Part shown: one piece after another, positions 15,625 to 23,658 of the stretch | Position numbering within the stretch: position 1 is the first letter of the stretch | How the letters are laid out: each line of letters begins with the position of its first letter | Assembly (NCBI GenBank): GCA_036518595.1 | Contig: DATDMW010000039.1 | Span: 1-37,589 of the forward strand | From: Burkholderiales bacterium | GTDB lineage: Bacteria > Pseudomonadota > Gammaproteobacteria > Burkholderiales > SG8-39 | Direction of reading: 5' to 3' | DNA: 37,589 nt | The notes under the pieces: generated by a model | What the model saw: the letters and a program-made list of their open reading frames with translations, nothing else | The model's database searches: none | Told to the model about the DNA's origin: nothing | Translations under genes and position numbers: made by a program

Positions 15625-16684
15625 ACGGCACCTGGGCGCCTTCCGTCTCGAAGCGGCATTCGAGGCGGGCGCGGGCATCACGGCGCTGTTCGGGCGCTCG
15701 GGCGCGGGCAAGACCTCGCTCGTGAACGCGATCGCCGGCCTCCTGCGCCCGGATCGCGGCCGCATCGTGATCGGCGGCGAGCCGGTGTTCGACAGCGGCG
15801 CGGGCATCGACGTGCCGACGCCGGCGCGGCGCATCGGCTACGTGTTCCAGGAGGGGCGCCTGTTTCCGCACCTCAGCGTGGCGCAGAACCTGCGCTATGC
15901 GGGACTGTTCGCGCGCGGGGCGCCGGCGCCGCAGTTCGCGCACGTGGTCGAGCTGCTCGGGCTCAGGGACCTGCTCGAGCGCCGGCCGGGCAACCTGTCG
16001 GGCGGCGAGAAGCAGCGCGTCGCGATCGGACGCGCGCTCCTCTCGAGCCCGCGGCTGCTGCTGCTCGACGAGCCGTTGGCCTCGCTCGACGCGCACCGCA
16101 AGAACGAGGTCATGCAGTACATCGAGCTGCTGCGCGACGAAATCCGCATTCCTGTGGTGTACGTCAGCCACTCGGCGGAGGAAGTGGTGCGGCTCGCGGA
16201 CACCGTCGTGCTGCTTGCCGCGGGCCGGGTGAGCGCGGTGGGCGGCGCCGAGGACGTGATGGGCCGGCCCGACCTGCGCGCGGCGACGGGCGCATTCGAG
16301 GGCGGGGCGGTGATCGAAGCGAAGGTGACCGCGCAGGACATGGAGAGCGATGTCGCGACGCTCGCCTTCGACGGCGGCACGCTCGTCGCGACGAACGTCG
16401 ACGCCCTGATCGGCGAGCCAGTGCGGGTGCGCATCCGCGCGCGCGATGTCTCGATCGCGCTGGAGCGCCCGCGGCGCATCAGCATCCAGAACGTGCTCGA
16501 AGGCACGATCGTCGACGTGCGCGCGGGATCGAGCGGCGTCGTCGACGTCGCGATCGCGATCGGCGGCACCACGCTGCGGTCGCGCGTCACGGAGCGGGCA
16601 TCGCAGCAGCTCGGGCTGGCGAAGGGACTGCCGGTCTACGCGCTGGTGAAAGCCGTCTCGCTTTCGCGGGCGGCGACGGGCTGA
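15602..16684 (+). CDS. modC: Molybdate ABC transporter ATPase with C-terminal TOBE/Mop-like domain
   Basis: 360 aa. Walker A GRSGAGKTS, signature LSGGEKQR, Walker B LLLLDEP, and a C-terminal beta-rich domain of about 120 aa (VRVRIRARDVSIA...IQNVLEGTIV). Confidence 0.9.
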   Translation: MTLTLDIERHLGAFRLEAAFEAGAGITALFGRSGAGKTSLVNAIAGLLRPDRGRIVIGGEPVFDSGAGIDVPTPARRIGYVFQEGRLFPHLSVAQNLRYAGLFARGAPAPQFAHVVELLGLRDLLERRPGNLSGGEKQRVAIGRALLSSPRLLLLDEPLASLDAHRKNEVMQYIELLRDEIRIPVVYVSHSAEEVVRLADTVVLLAAGRVSAVGGAEDVMGRPDLRAATGAFEGGAVIEAKVTAQDMESDVATLAFDGGTLVATNVDALIGEPVRVRIRARDVSIALERPRRISIQNVLEGTIVDVRAGSSGVVDVAIAIGGTTLRSRVTERASQQLGLAKGLPVYALVKAVSLSRAATG

Positions 16685-16711
16685 CGGGGCTATTCGCTTA
16701 CAGGAGCCGCT

Positions 16712-17833
16712 TCAGCGGGCGCGGACCGGTTTGGCCTCGGGTCGAATGAAGGTGCGGGTGCCCTCGGTCCTGCCCGCAAGCACGGTCTCGGCCGGCAGCA
16801 GATCGCCGACGCCCGCCCAGTCGTAGCCGGCGAGCCCGCCGGCCAGCGATTCGAACTCGGCGCCCTTCAGCGCCTCGATCAGGAGCTGCACCGGCTGAGC
16901 TTTCACGGTCTCGTTGCGGCAGGCGAGGTAGTAGCGCTCCCGCAGCAGCGGAATGAAGCCGAGCTTGTATTGCGCGGCGGCGGCCTCGATGCCGAATCCG
17001 GCGTCGCACATTCCCGAGGCGATCGTCGCCGCGACGGCGAGATGAGTGAACTCGGCGCTGTCGTATCCCTCGATGGTCTCCGCGTCGATACCCGCCTCGC
17101 GCAGCAGCTGGTCGAGCTCGAGGCGGCTGCCCGATCCGGGCTGGCGATTGATCATGCGCACGCCCGGGCGCGTGAGATGCACGAGGGTGCGAATTCCCTT
17201 GGGATTGCCGCGGGCGACCATCAGCCCCTGCGTGCGCGTCGCGCAGCGGATCAGCGAATGGTCGCGCACCTTGAACGCGCGGCGGTGGAAGAAGTCCGTC
17301 TCGAGGCCGCCCTCGGGCAGGTGGAACCCGGCGAGGTCGCAGCGTCCCTGGGCGAGCGCGTCGAGGCTCTCGAGGCTGCCGCGGTACTGCAGGTCGAGCT
17401 GGACCGAATGATTCTTCTGCAGCAGGGCGCGCAGGTGACCGAGCGCCATGTCGTGGCTCGCGTACGCGACCAGGCTCGTCACGCCCCGCGAGAATTGCGC
17501 GCGCAGCTCTTCCTCGAGCTCGCGCTGGACGGTTTCGATGTGCCCTTCGAGCCGCGAGCGCGCGAGCTGCTCCGCCCAGATGAGCTTTTCGCCGAACTCG
17601 GTGAGCTTTGCGCCGCGTCCGCGCTCGAGACGCACCAGCGGTTTCCCGACGGCCTTCTCCCACTTCCCGATGAGGCCCCAGACATGCCGGTACGAGAACC
17701 CGAGCTCCTGCGCCGACTGCGCGACCGATCCCGACTTGCGGACCGCCTCGAGAAGACGGAACAGCATCGGACTCCCGGACGGGGAATCGTCGGTCCCGAT
17801 CTTCCAGTTCGCTTCGAGCTGAATCCGAATCAT
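16712..17833 (-). CDS. ModE-type HTH fused to a periplasmic-binding-protein-like domain (TunR-like candidate oxyanion-responsive regulator)
   Basis: N-terminus MIRIQLEANWKIG...LFRLLEAVRKSGSVAQSAQELGFSYRHVWGLIGKWE...RGRGAKLTEFGEKL is ModE-N-like. The remaining roughly 260 aa look like a PBP-type fold (VAYASHDMALGHL...MINRQPGSGSR). It is divergent from tupBCA. The ATG at 17833 is preferred over the ORF-track TTG at 17866. Confidence 0.75.
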   Translation of the reverse strand: MIRIQLEANWKIGTDDSPSGSPMLFRLLEAVRKSGSVAQSAQELGFSYRHVWGLIGKWEKAVGKPLVRLERGRGAKLTEFGEKLIWAEQLARSRLEGHIETVQRELEEELRAQFSRGVTSLVAYASHDMALGHLRALLQKNHSVQLDLQYRGSLESLDALAQGRCDLAGFHLPEGGLETDFFHRRAFKVRDHSLIRCATRTQGLMVARGNPKGIRTLVHLTRPGVRMINRQPGSGSRLELDQLLREAGIDAETIEGYDSAEFTHLAVAATIASGMCDAGFGIEAAAAQYKLGFIPLLRERYYLACRNETVKAQPVQLLIEALKGAEFESLAGGLAGYDWAGVGDLLPAETVLAGRTEGTRTFIRPEAKPVRAR

Positions 17834-17910
17834 TTGTGAAATGAGACAGGTAAGAAAATATAGCAAATTCCGATAGTAAGCGTACAGTCCTTATCGATCA
17901 TGCATATATC

Positions 17911-17962
17911 CTGGAATATGATCGCAAGGATCCAAGATATGAATTGCCGGTACATATTCCAG
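17911..17962. promoter_or_regulatory. 10-bp inverted repeat CTGGAATATG-N32-CATATTCCAG in the AT-rich regulator/tupB divergent region
   Basis: Arms 17911-17920 and 17953-17962 are exact reverse complements. The surrounding 173-nt intergenic region is much more AT-rich than the window and holds several ATAT-containing words. Confidence 0.4.
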
Positions 17963-18006
17963 CCCGGGATGGGCGGCACCTATCATGGCTGTCCCGCGCA
18001 CCCGTC

Positions 18007-18702
18007 ATGCTCGATGCCCTAGCCGCCGCCGCGAGACTGCTCGTCCAGCCGTCACCCGAGCTGATCGAGATCGTCGTCCTCAGCCTGCGAGTCAGCCTCT
18101 CCGCCGTGGCCCTGGCCACGCTGCTCGGCATGCCGCTCGGCGCCCTGATCGCGGTCAGTCGCTTTCCGGGGCGACGCCCTCTCATCGTCCTGCTCAACGC
18201 CTTCATGGGGCTGCCGCCGGTGGTGGTCGGACTCGTGTTCTACCTGCTGCTGTCTCGCGCCGGGCCGCTCGGCTCGCTCGGGCTGCTGTTCACGCCGGCC
18301 GCGATGGTGATTGCGCAGACCGTCCTGATCGTGCCGATCATCGCGGCGCTCTCGCGCCAGGTGATCGAGGACGCGTGGCGTGAGTACGAAGAGCAACTGC
18401 GCTCGCTCGGAGCCCATCGGCTCGACGCGGCGCTCACTCTGCTCTGGGACACCCGCTTTTCCCTCCTCACCACCGTTCTGGCCGGGTTCGGGCGGGCCGC
18501 CGCGGAGGTCGGAGCGGTAATCATCGTCGGCGGCAATATCGATGGCGTCACCCGGGTCATGACCACGACGATCGCGCTCGAGACCAGCAAGGGTGATCTC
18601 CCGCTTGCGCTCGGGCTGGGCGCGATCCTGGTCGGCATCGTGATCGTCGTGAACGCGGCCGCGTATCTGACGAAGGAAGCGGCGCAGCGCCGCTACGGAT
18701 GA
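18007..18702 (+). CDS. tupB: Tungstate-type ABC transporter permease
   Basis: 231 aa from the ATG at 18007 (the ORF-track start at 17944 is a TTG). Multi-pass permease with an EAA-like loop (EEQLRSLGAHRLDAALTLLWDTRF). The stop overlaps the next start (ATGA). Confidence 0.75.
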   Translation: MLDALAAAARLLVQPSPELIEIVVLSLRVSLSAVALATLLGMPLGALIAVSRFPGRRPLIVLLNAFMGLPPVVVGLVFYLLLSRAGPLGSLGLLFTPAAMVIAQTVLIVPIIAALSRQVIEDAWREYEEQLRSLGAHRLDAALTLLWDTRFSLLTTVLAGFGRAAAEVGAVIIVGGNIDGVTRVMTTTIALETSKGDLPLALGLGAILVGIVIVVNAAAYLTKEAAQRRYG

Positions 18703-19418
18703 GCAGCCGTCCCATTCTGCCGCTTCGACTGACGGGGGTGTCCTTTGCCGCGGGTGGACGCAACATCATCGATGGAGTGTCCGTCGAGCTCGGCGCCGGT
18801 CCGGCCACGATCATCCTCGGGGCGAACGGCGCCGGGAAGAGCGTCCTCATGCGCATCATGCACGGACTGCTGCAGACGACGTCCGGGCGCGTCGAATGGA
18901 GCGCAAGCGCGCTGGCGTCGCGCCGGCAAGCCATGGTGTTTCAGCGCCCGGTGATGCTTCGGCGCTCGGCCCTCGCGAACGTGCTCTATGCCCTCGCTTT
19001 GGCAGGCGTCGAGCGGCGGCATCGCGCCGCGATCGCGAGGGATGCCCTGGAAAGCGTCGGCCTCGCGGCCCTGGCCGATCGTCCCGCGCGGGTGCTGTCC
19101 ATCGGAGAGCAACAGCGTCTCGCTCTGGCCCGCGCGTGGGCATTGCATCCGGAGGTGCTTTTTCTCGACGAGCCCACCGCCAGCCTCGATCCCACGTCGA
19201 CCCGTGAAATCGAGACCGTCATCCGCGCCTTCGACGCGGCCGGGACCAAGATCGTCATGGCGACGCACAACCTCGGCCAGGCTCGGCGCCTCGGCGACGA
19301 GATCCTGTTCCTCGACCGCGGCCGCCTCGTCGAGCGCTCATCGGTCGAAACCTTCTTCGCGCGCCCGCAGACCGCGCAAGCCGAAGCTTTTATCAGAGGA
19401 GAGCTGCCTTGGACCTGA
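18699..19418 (+). CDS. tupC: ABC transporter ATPase (tungstate-type)
   Basis: 239 aa. Walker A GANGAGKS, signature SIGEQQR, Walker B VLFLDEP. Confidence 0.8.
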   Translation: MSSRPILPLRLTGVSFAAGGRNIIDGVSVELGAGPATIILGANGAGKSVLMRIMHGLLQTTSGRVEWSASALASRRQAMVFQRPVMLRRSALANVLYALALAGVERRHRAAIARDALESVGLAALADRPARVLSIGEQQRLALARAWALHPEVLFLDEPTASLDPTSTREIETVIRAFDAAGTKIVMATHNLGQARRLGDEILFLDRGRLVERSSVETFFARPQTAQAEAFIRGELPWT

Positions 19419-20245
19419 TCCGCCGAATCGTCATCGTCGCGTTGCTCGCGCTGGTTGGTGCGGGCGCGCTCCCCGCCTTCGCGCAGCAGAAGTTCATCAC
19501 CGTCGCGTCGACGACGTCGACCGAGCAGTCGGGGCTGTTCAAGTACCTGCTGCCGATCTTCGAGAAAAAGAGCGGAGTCCAGGTGCACGTCGTCGCGGTC
19601 GGAACCGGGCAGGCGCTCGACATCGGCCGGCGGGGCGACGCCGACGTCGTGTTCGTGCACGCGCGGTCGGCCGAGGAGAAATTTCTCTCCGAGGGCCAGG
19701 GCGTGAAGCGCTTCCCGGTCATGTACAACGATTTCGTGCTGGTCGGTCCGAAGGCGGATCCAGCGAAAGTCGCCGGCGGCGGGGACATCGTCGCGGCGCT
19801 GCGGAAGATCAAGGCCGCGCAGGCGCCGTTCGTGTCGCGCGGCGACCGCAGCGGCACGCACATCGCCGAGCTCGCGCTGTGGAAGGACGCCGACATCGAC
19901 ATCGCCAGGGACAAGGGCCCCTGGTACAAGGACACGGGGCAGGGCATGGGTCCCGCGCTCAACACCGCGGCGTCGATCGGCGCCTACATTCTCTCGGATC
20001 GCGGCACCTGGATCTCGTTCAAGAACCGCGGCGATCTCAAGATCGTCGTCCAGGGCGACAAACGCCTGTTCAACCAGTACGGCGTGATGCTCGTGAGCCC
20101 GCAGAAGCATCCGAACGTGAAGAAGGACCTCGGGCAGGAGTTCATCGACTGGCTGATCTCGCCCGAGGGCCAGAAAGTCATTGCGGGATACAGGATCGAC
20201 GGGCAGCAGCTGTTCTTCCCGAACGCCGACCAGCCCGGCGCCTGA
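19409..20245 (+). CDS. tupA: Tungstate/oxyanion periplasmic binding protein
   Basis: 278 aa. TTG start at 19409, a few nt after GAGGAG. Signal peptide ...GAGALPAFAQQ. The mature N-terminus ITVASTTSTEQSGLF matches the TupA TTTS-x-x-SGL anion-binding signature as I recall it. Confidence 0.75.
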   Translation: MDLIRRIVIVALLALVGAGALPAFAQQKFITVASTTSTEQSGLFKYLLPIFEKKSGVQVHVVAVGTGQALDIGRRGDADVVFVHARSAEEKFLSEGQGVKRFPVMYNDFVLVGPKADPAKVAGGGDIVAALRKIKAAQAPFVSRGDRSGTHIAELALWKDADIDIARDKGPWYKDTGQGMGPALNTAASIGAYILSDRGTWISFKNRGDLKIVVQGDKRLFNQYGVMLVSPQKHPNVKKDLGQEFIDWLISPEGQKVIAGYRIDGQQLFFPNADQPGA

Positions 20246-20294
20246 AAACAGCGCTATATCCCTGCGGGAACGACGCCCCTGATAAAATGGGGCG

Positions 20295-20789
20295 ATGAAG
20301 ATCTTCGGCATCACCGGCTGGTCCGGGAGCGGCAAGACCACTCTGATCGAGCAGATCGTGCCGCGCTTCGTGAGCAAGGGCCTGGTGGTCTCGCTGATCA
20401 AGCACGCGCACCACAGCTTCGACGTGGACCATCCGGGCAAGGACTCGTACCGGCATCGGCAGGCCGGCTGCACCGAGGTCCTCGTCAGCTCGCCGAACCG
20501 CTGGGTGGTCATGCACGAGCTGCGCGGCGCGCCCGAGCCGACACTGGACGAGCAACTCGGGCGCATCTCGCCTTGCGACCTGCTGCTCATCGAGGGATAC
20601 AAGCGCTACCCGATGCCGAAGCTCGAGGTATGGCGGAGCGAGAACGCCAAACCCTTCCTCCATCCCGAGGACACCAACATCGTCGCCATTGCCACCGACG
20701 TCCCGCCCGAGGCGGGCCCGAGACGCTTCGACCTGAACGACCACGATGGCATCGCCGATTTCGTGCTCGAGTTCAACGGGCTGAAATGA
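20295..20789 (+). CDS. mobB: Molybdopterin-guanine dinucleotide biosynthesis adapter protein MobB
   Basis: 164 aa. GWSGSGKTTLIEQIV...LIKHAHHSFDVDHPGKDSYRHRQAG aligns closely with E. coli MobB. Confidence 0.9.
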   Translation: MKIFGITGWSGSGKTTLIEQIVPRFVSKGLVVSLIKHAHHSFDVDHPGKDSYRHRQAGCTEVLVSSPNRWVVMHELRGAPEPTLDEQLGRISPCDLLLIEGYKRYPMPKLEVWRSENAKPFLHPEDTNIVAIATDVPPEAGPRRFDLNDHDGIADFVLEFNGLK

Positions 20790-21991
20790 ACAAGGGGCTC
20801 CTCAGCGTCGACGAAGCGCTCGAGCGCCTGCTCTCGGGCGCGAATACCGTCGCGGGACGCGAGACCGTTCCCACGCTCGAAGCAGTCGGCCGCGTGCTCG
20901 CCGAGACGCAACGCTCGACCATGAACGTGCCGCCGATGGACAACAGCGCCATGGATGGCTACGCCGTGCGCCGCGCCGACGTGCGCGCGCCCGGCGCGCG
21001 ACTCAAGGTGTCGCAGCGCATCGCCGCCGGCGGCGTCGGCGCGGCCCTCGCGCCCGGCACCGCCGCTCGGATCTTCACCGGTGCTCCCGTCCCCGAGGGC
21101 GCGGACGCGATCGTCATCCAGGAGGACACCGCCGCCGAAGGCGACGCGGTGATCGTGAACAAGGTGCCCGAGCCGGGCGAATGGATCCGCCGCGTGGCGA
21201 GCGACATCCGCGCGGGCGACGCGATCCTCGCCGCCGGGATCCGCCTGAGGCCGCAGGATACCGGGCTCGCGGCGTCGGTCGGCATCGCGACGCTGCCGGT
21301 GGTCGGGCGCGTGCGCCTCGGCCTATTCTTCACCGGCGACGAGCTCGTCATGCCGGGCGACCCACTGCCGCCCGGACGCATCTACAACTCCAACCGCTTC
21401 ACGCTGAACGGCCTCGCGCGCGCCTTCGACTGCGACGTGCGCGATTATGGCATCGTGCCCGACAGCCTGGATGCGACGCGCGCGGTGCTGCGGCGCGCCG
21501 CGTCCGAGTGCGACGTCATCGTCACGAGCGGCGGCGTGTCGGTCGGCGAAGCCGATTTCGTGAAGCCCGCCGTCGAGGCCGAGGGCGAGCTGCTCATGTG
21601 GCGCATCGCGATGAAGCCGGGCCGCCCGCTCGCGTTCGGGCGCGTGGCGAAGGCCGCGTTCATCGGCCTGCCCGGGAACCCGGTGTCGAGCTTCGTGACT
21701 TTCCTGCTGTTCGTGCGACCGTTCCTGCTGAAGACGCAGGGTATCGCGCACGTCGCGCCGCGCGCGATCGAGGCGCGAGCCGACTTCGACTGGCCGCGCC
21801 CCGATCCCCGGCGGGAGTTCCTGCGCGTAAAATGGAACGCGCGCGGCGGCTTGGATCTGTACCCGACGCAGGATTCCGCCGTGCTGACCTCGACGGCATG
21901 GGCCGACGGACTGGTCGACAACCCGGCGGGACAGGCGATCCGCGCGGGCGACGGCGTGCGTTTCCTTGCGTACTCGGAGCTGTATCGGTGA
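20786..21991 (+). CDS. moeA: Molybdopterin molybdenum/tungsten transferase MoeA
   Basis: Internal ATG of ORF 20573..21991, forming an ATGA overlap with mobB. LSVDEALERLL...VPPMDNSAMDGYAVR...SGGVSVGEADF are MoeA hallmarks. Confidence 0.9.
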   Translation: MNKGLLSVDEALERLLSGANTVAGRETVPTLEAVGRVLAETQRSTMNVPPMDNSAMDGYAVRRADVRAPGARLKVSQRIAAGGVGAALAPGTAARIFTGAPVPEGADAIVIQEDTAAEGDAVIVNKVPEPGEWIRRVASDIRAGDAILAAGIRLRPQDTGLAASVGIATLPVVGRVRLGLFFTGDELVMPGDPLPPGRIYNSNRFTLNGLARAFDCDVRDYGIVPDSLDATRAVLRRAASECDVIVTSGGVSVGEADFVKPAVEAEGELLMWRIAMKPGRPLAFGRVAKAAFIGLPGNPVSSFVTFLLFVRPFLLKTQGIAHVAPRAIEARADFDWPRPDPRREFLRVKWNARGGLDLYPTQDSAVLTSTAWADGLVDNPAGQAIRAGDGVRFLAYSELYR

Positions 21992-22245
21992 AGATCAAGG
22001 TGCTCTATTTCGCGGGGCTGCGCGAGCAGGTCGGCAGCCGAGGCGAGGACCTCGACGTCCCGCCCGGCGTGACCACCGTCGCCGGCGTGCGCGCCCTGCT
22101 GCAGTCGCGCGGCGGTCCCTGGCAGAGCGCGCTCGCGCAAAGCAGGGCCGTGCGCATCGCGGTGAACCAGGAGATGGCCGCGGCCACAACGCTGGTGCGG
22201 GCCGGGGACGAGCTCGCCTTCTTCCCGCCGGTGACGGGGGGCTAG
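21988..22245 (+). CDS. moaD: Molybdopterin synthase sulfur-carrier subunit MoaD
   Basis: GTG start overlapping the moeA stop (GTGA). 85 aa: KIKVLYFAGLREQVG...GDELAFFPPVTGG, with the diagnostic C-terminal Gly-Gly. Confidence 0.88.
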   Translation: MKIKVLYFAGLREQVGSRGEDLDVPPGVTTVAGVRALLQSRGGPWQSALAQSRAVRIAVNQEMAAATTLVRAGDELAFFPPVTGG

Positions 22246-22247
22246 CG

Positions 22248-22718
22248 GTGACGGTGCGCGTCCAGACGGAAGACTTCGACGCGGGCGCCGAGATCGCGGC
22301 GCTTCGCCGGGGGAACCCGAAGATCGGTGCGGTGGCGAGCTTCATCGGCGTCGCGCGCGACGTGAACGACGGCGACAGCGTCTCGACGCTCACACTGGAG
22401 CACTACCCGGGGATGACGGAGAAGGCGCTCGAAGGCATCGTCGCCGAGGCGCGCGCGCGCTGGGACGTCATCGAACTGCTGGTCGTGCACCGGGTGGGTG
22501 AGATCAAGCCGACCGAGCAGATCGTGCTGGTCGTCGTCGCCGGCGCGCATCGCGGCGAGGCGTTCGCGGCGTGCGAGTTCGTCATGGACTACCTGAAGAC
22601 GCGCGCACCGTTCTGGAAGAAGGAAGAGACACCGAAGGGCGCGCGCTGGGTCGATGCGCGCGAGTCCGACGACGAGGCCGCGGAGCGCTGGGCTCCCGGC
22701 AAGTCGAGCGCGGCTTAG
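22248..22718 (+). CDS. moaE: Molybdopterin synthase catalytic subunit MoaE
   Basis: GTG start 2 nt after the moaD stop. [11 protein letters not shown]...[12 protein letters not shown]...[29 protein letters not shown] is MoaE-typical. Confidence 0.88.
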   Translation: MTVRVQTEDFDAGAEIAALRRGNPKIGAVASFIGVARDVNDGDSVSTLTLEHYPGMTEKALEGIVAEARARWDVIELLVVHRVGEIKPTEQIVLVVVAGAHRGEAFAACEFVMDYLKTRAPFWKKEETPKGARWVDARESDDEAAERWAPGKSSAA

Positions 22719-22732
22719 GAACGACGCCCCGG

Positions 22733-23116
22733 ATGTCGGCCTACGGCTTCGCGGCAGTCGGCATCGGCGCCGCGCTCGGGGCCTGGCTGCGATGGGTGCT
22801 CGGCATCGCGCTCAACCTGCTCGTGCCGACGCTGCCGCTCGGCACGCTCGCGGCAAACCTGATCGGAGGCTACCTGATCGGCGTGGCGGTCGCGGTGTTC
22901 GAGCAGAACGCCGTGCTCGCGCCGGAGTGGCGCCTGCTCGTGATCACGGGATTCCTGGGCGGTCTCACCACCTATTCGACATTCTCCGCCGAGTCGGTGG
23001 CGTTACTGTCGACGGGACGCTACGGTTGGGCTGCGACGCACACGCTCGCGCACCTCGGCGGGTCGCTGGCGATGACGGCGCTCGGGATCGCGAGCGTGCG
23101 GCTGCTCCAGAATTGA
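22733..23116 (+). CDS. crcB: Fluoride channel CrcB/FluC
   Basis: 127 aa from the ATG at 22733. Four TM helices. [14 protein letters not shown] and [12 protein letters not shown] motifs are typical of CrcB. Confidence 0.88.
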   Translation: MSAYGFAAVGIGAALGAWLRWVLGIALNLLVPTLPLGTLAANLIGGYLIGVAVAVFEQNAVLAPEWRLLVITGFLGGLTTYSTFSAESVALLSTGRYGWAATHTLAHLGGSLAMTALGIASVRLLQN

Positions 23117-23213
23117 GGGATCGAAGTCCGAACCCGCGCCGGGCCTTCGCCGGAGGCGAGGAGGAGGAGGATGCCGCCGGGCTCTGCGCCCGGCGCGGTC
23201 GGAACTCGGTGGC

Positions 23214-23501
23214 TCAGCAGTAGCCGAGCTGGTTCTTGCGCTCGACGTCGCGAAGGCGGCGCTCGAGGTCGGCGTGGTCGGTCGATTGCGCGAGGTACGC
23301 CTCGACGTCGCGACGCGGGCCGGGCCGCAAGCTCGCTTCGAGCCACTGCCCGAATCGGGCGACCAGCGCCTTGAGGGTCTCGCCGCGCAGCGCCCGGGCG
23401 CGCGCTTCGATGGCGCGGGTGTCGACGCCCGAAGGCTTCTCGTTCCGGGCGGCGGTGCGAAGGTAGCCGTCTCCTTCGTAAAGCGGATAGGTGGTTCTCA
23501 T
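23214..23501 (-). CDS. Small protein with DUF3563-like C-terminus
   Basis: 95 aa from the ATG at 23501, with AAGGA upstream. The C-terminal EAYLAQSTDHADLERRLRDVERKNQ resembles the small DUF3563 proteins of Burkholderiales as I recall them. The ORF-track extension to 23639 runs through AT-rich intergenic DNA. Confidence 0.55.
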   Translation of the reverse strand: MRTTYPLYEGDGYLRTAARNEKPSGVDTRAIEARARALRGETLKALVARFGQWLEASLRPGPRRDVEAYLAQSTDHADLERRLRDVERKNQLGYC

Positions 23502-23620
23502 GATGCTTCGTCCTTTCTGCGATTGGTGCATCGCACACAAGACAATATAGGAAGCGGAACCATTGTTTTCAAATCGTAAATTCAGATCTTCAGCATCGTG
23601 ATTGGTGATGTACGCTAAGT

Positions 23621-23641
23621 CCTTGTTGCATAGCAACAAGG
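23621..23641. promoter_or_regulatory. Perfect 9-bp inverted repeat CCTTGTTGC-ATA-GCAACAAGG just upstream of the LysR gene
   Basis: Arms 23621-23629 and 23633-23641. The right arm overlaps the AAGGAG SD (23638-23643) of the LysR gene. It could be an autoregulatory operator or an RBS-sequestering hairpin. Confidence 0.4.
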
Positions 23642-23658
23642 AGCCTAAAATACGCTGA

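Noticed and set aside
20251-20260. GCGCTATATC between tupA and mobB, resembling one half of the ModE box.
   Set aside because: No matching ATATAGCG half-site occurs within a plausible spacing downstream, so a single half-site in a 49-nt gap is not enough to call an operator.
22640-22732. Fluoride riboswitch upstream of crcB.
   Set aside because: Only 14 nt separate moaE and crcB, and the 3' end of moaE lacks the conserved riboswitch core as far as I can see.
23176-23194. The GC hairpin GCCGGGC-TCTGC-GCCCGGC between convergent crcB and the DUF3563-like gene, as a bidirectional terminator.
   Set aside because: A 7-bp stem is present but there is no flanking T or A tract. This is too weak to annotate as a terminator in GC-rich DNA, where such hairpins are frequent.
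23502-23639. The 46-codon N-terminal extension of ORF 23214..23639.
   Set aside because: The extension (MLLCNKDLAYITNHDAEDLNLRFENNGSASYIVLC...) is encoded by the AT-rich intergenic spacer with atypical composition. The ATG at 23501 has an SD and begins the GC-typical part.
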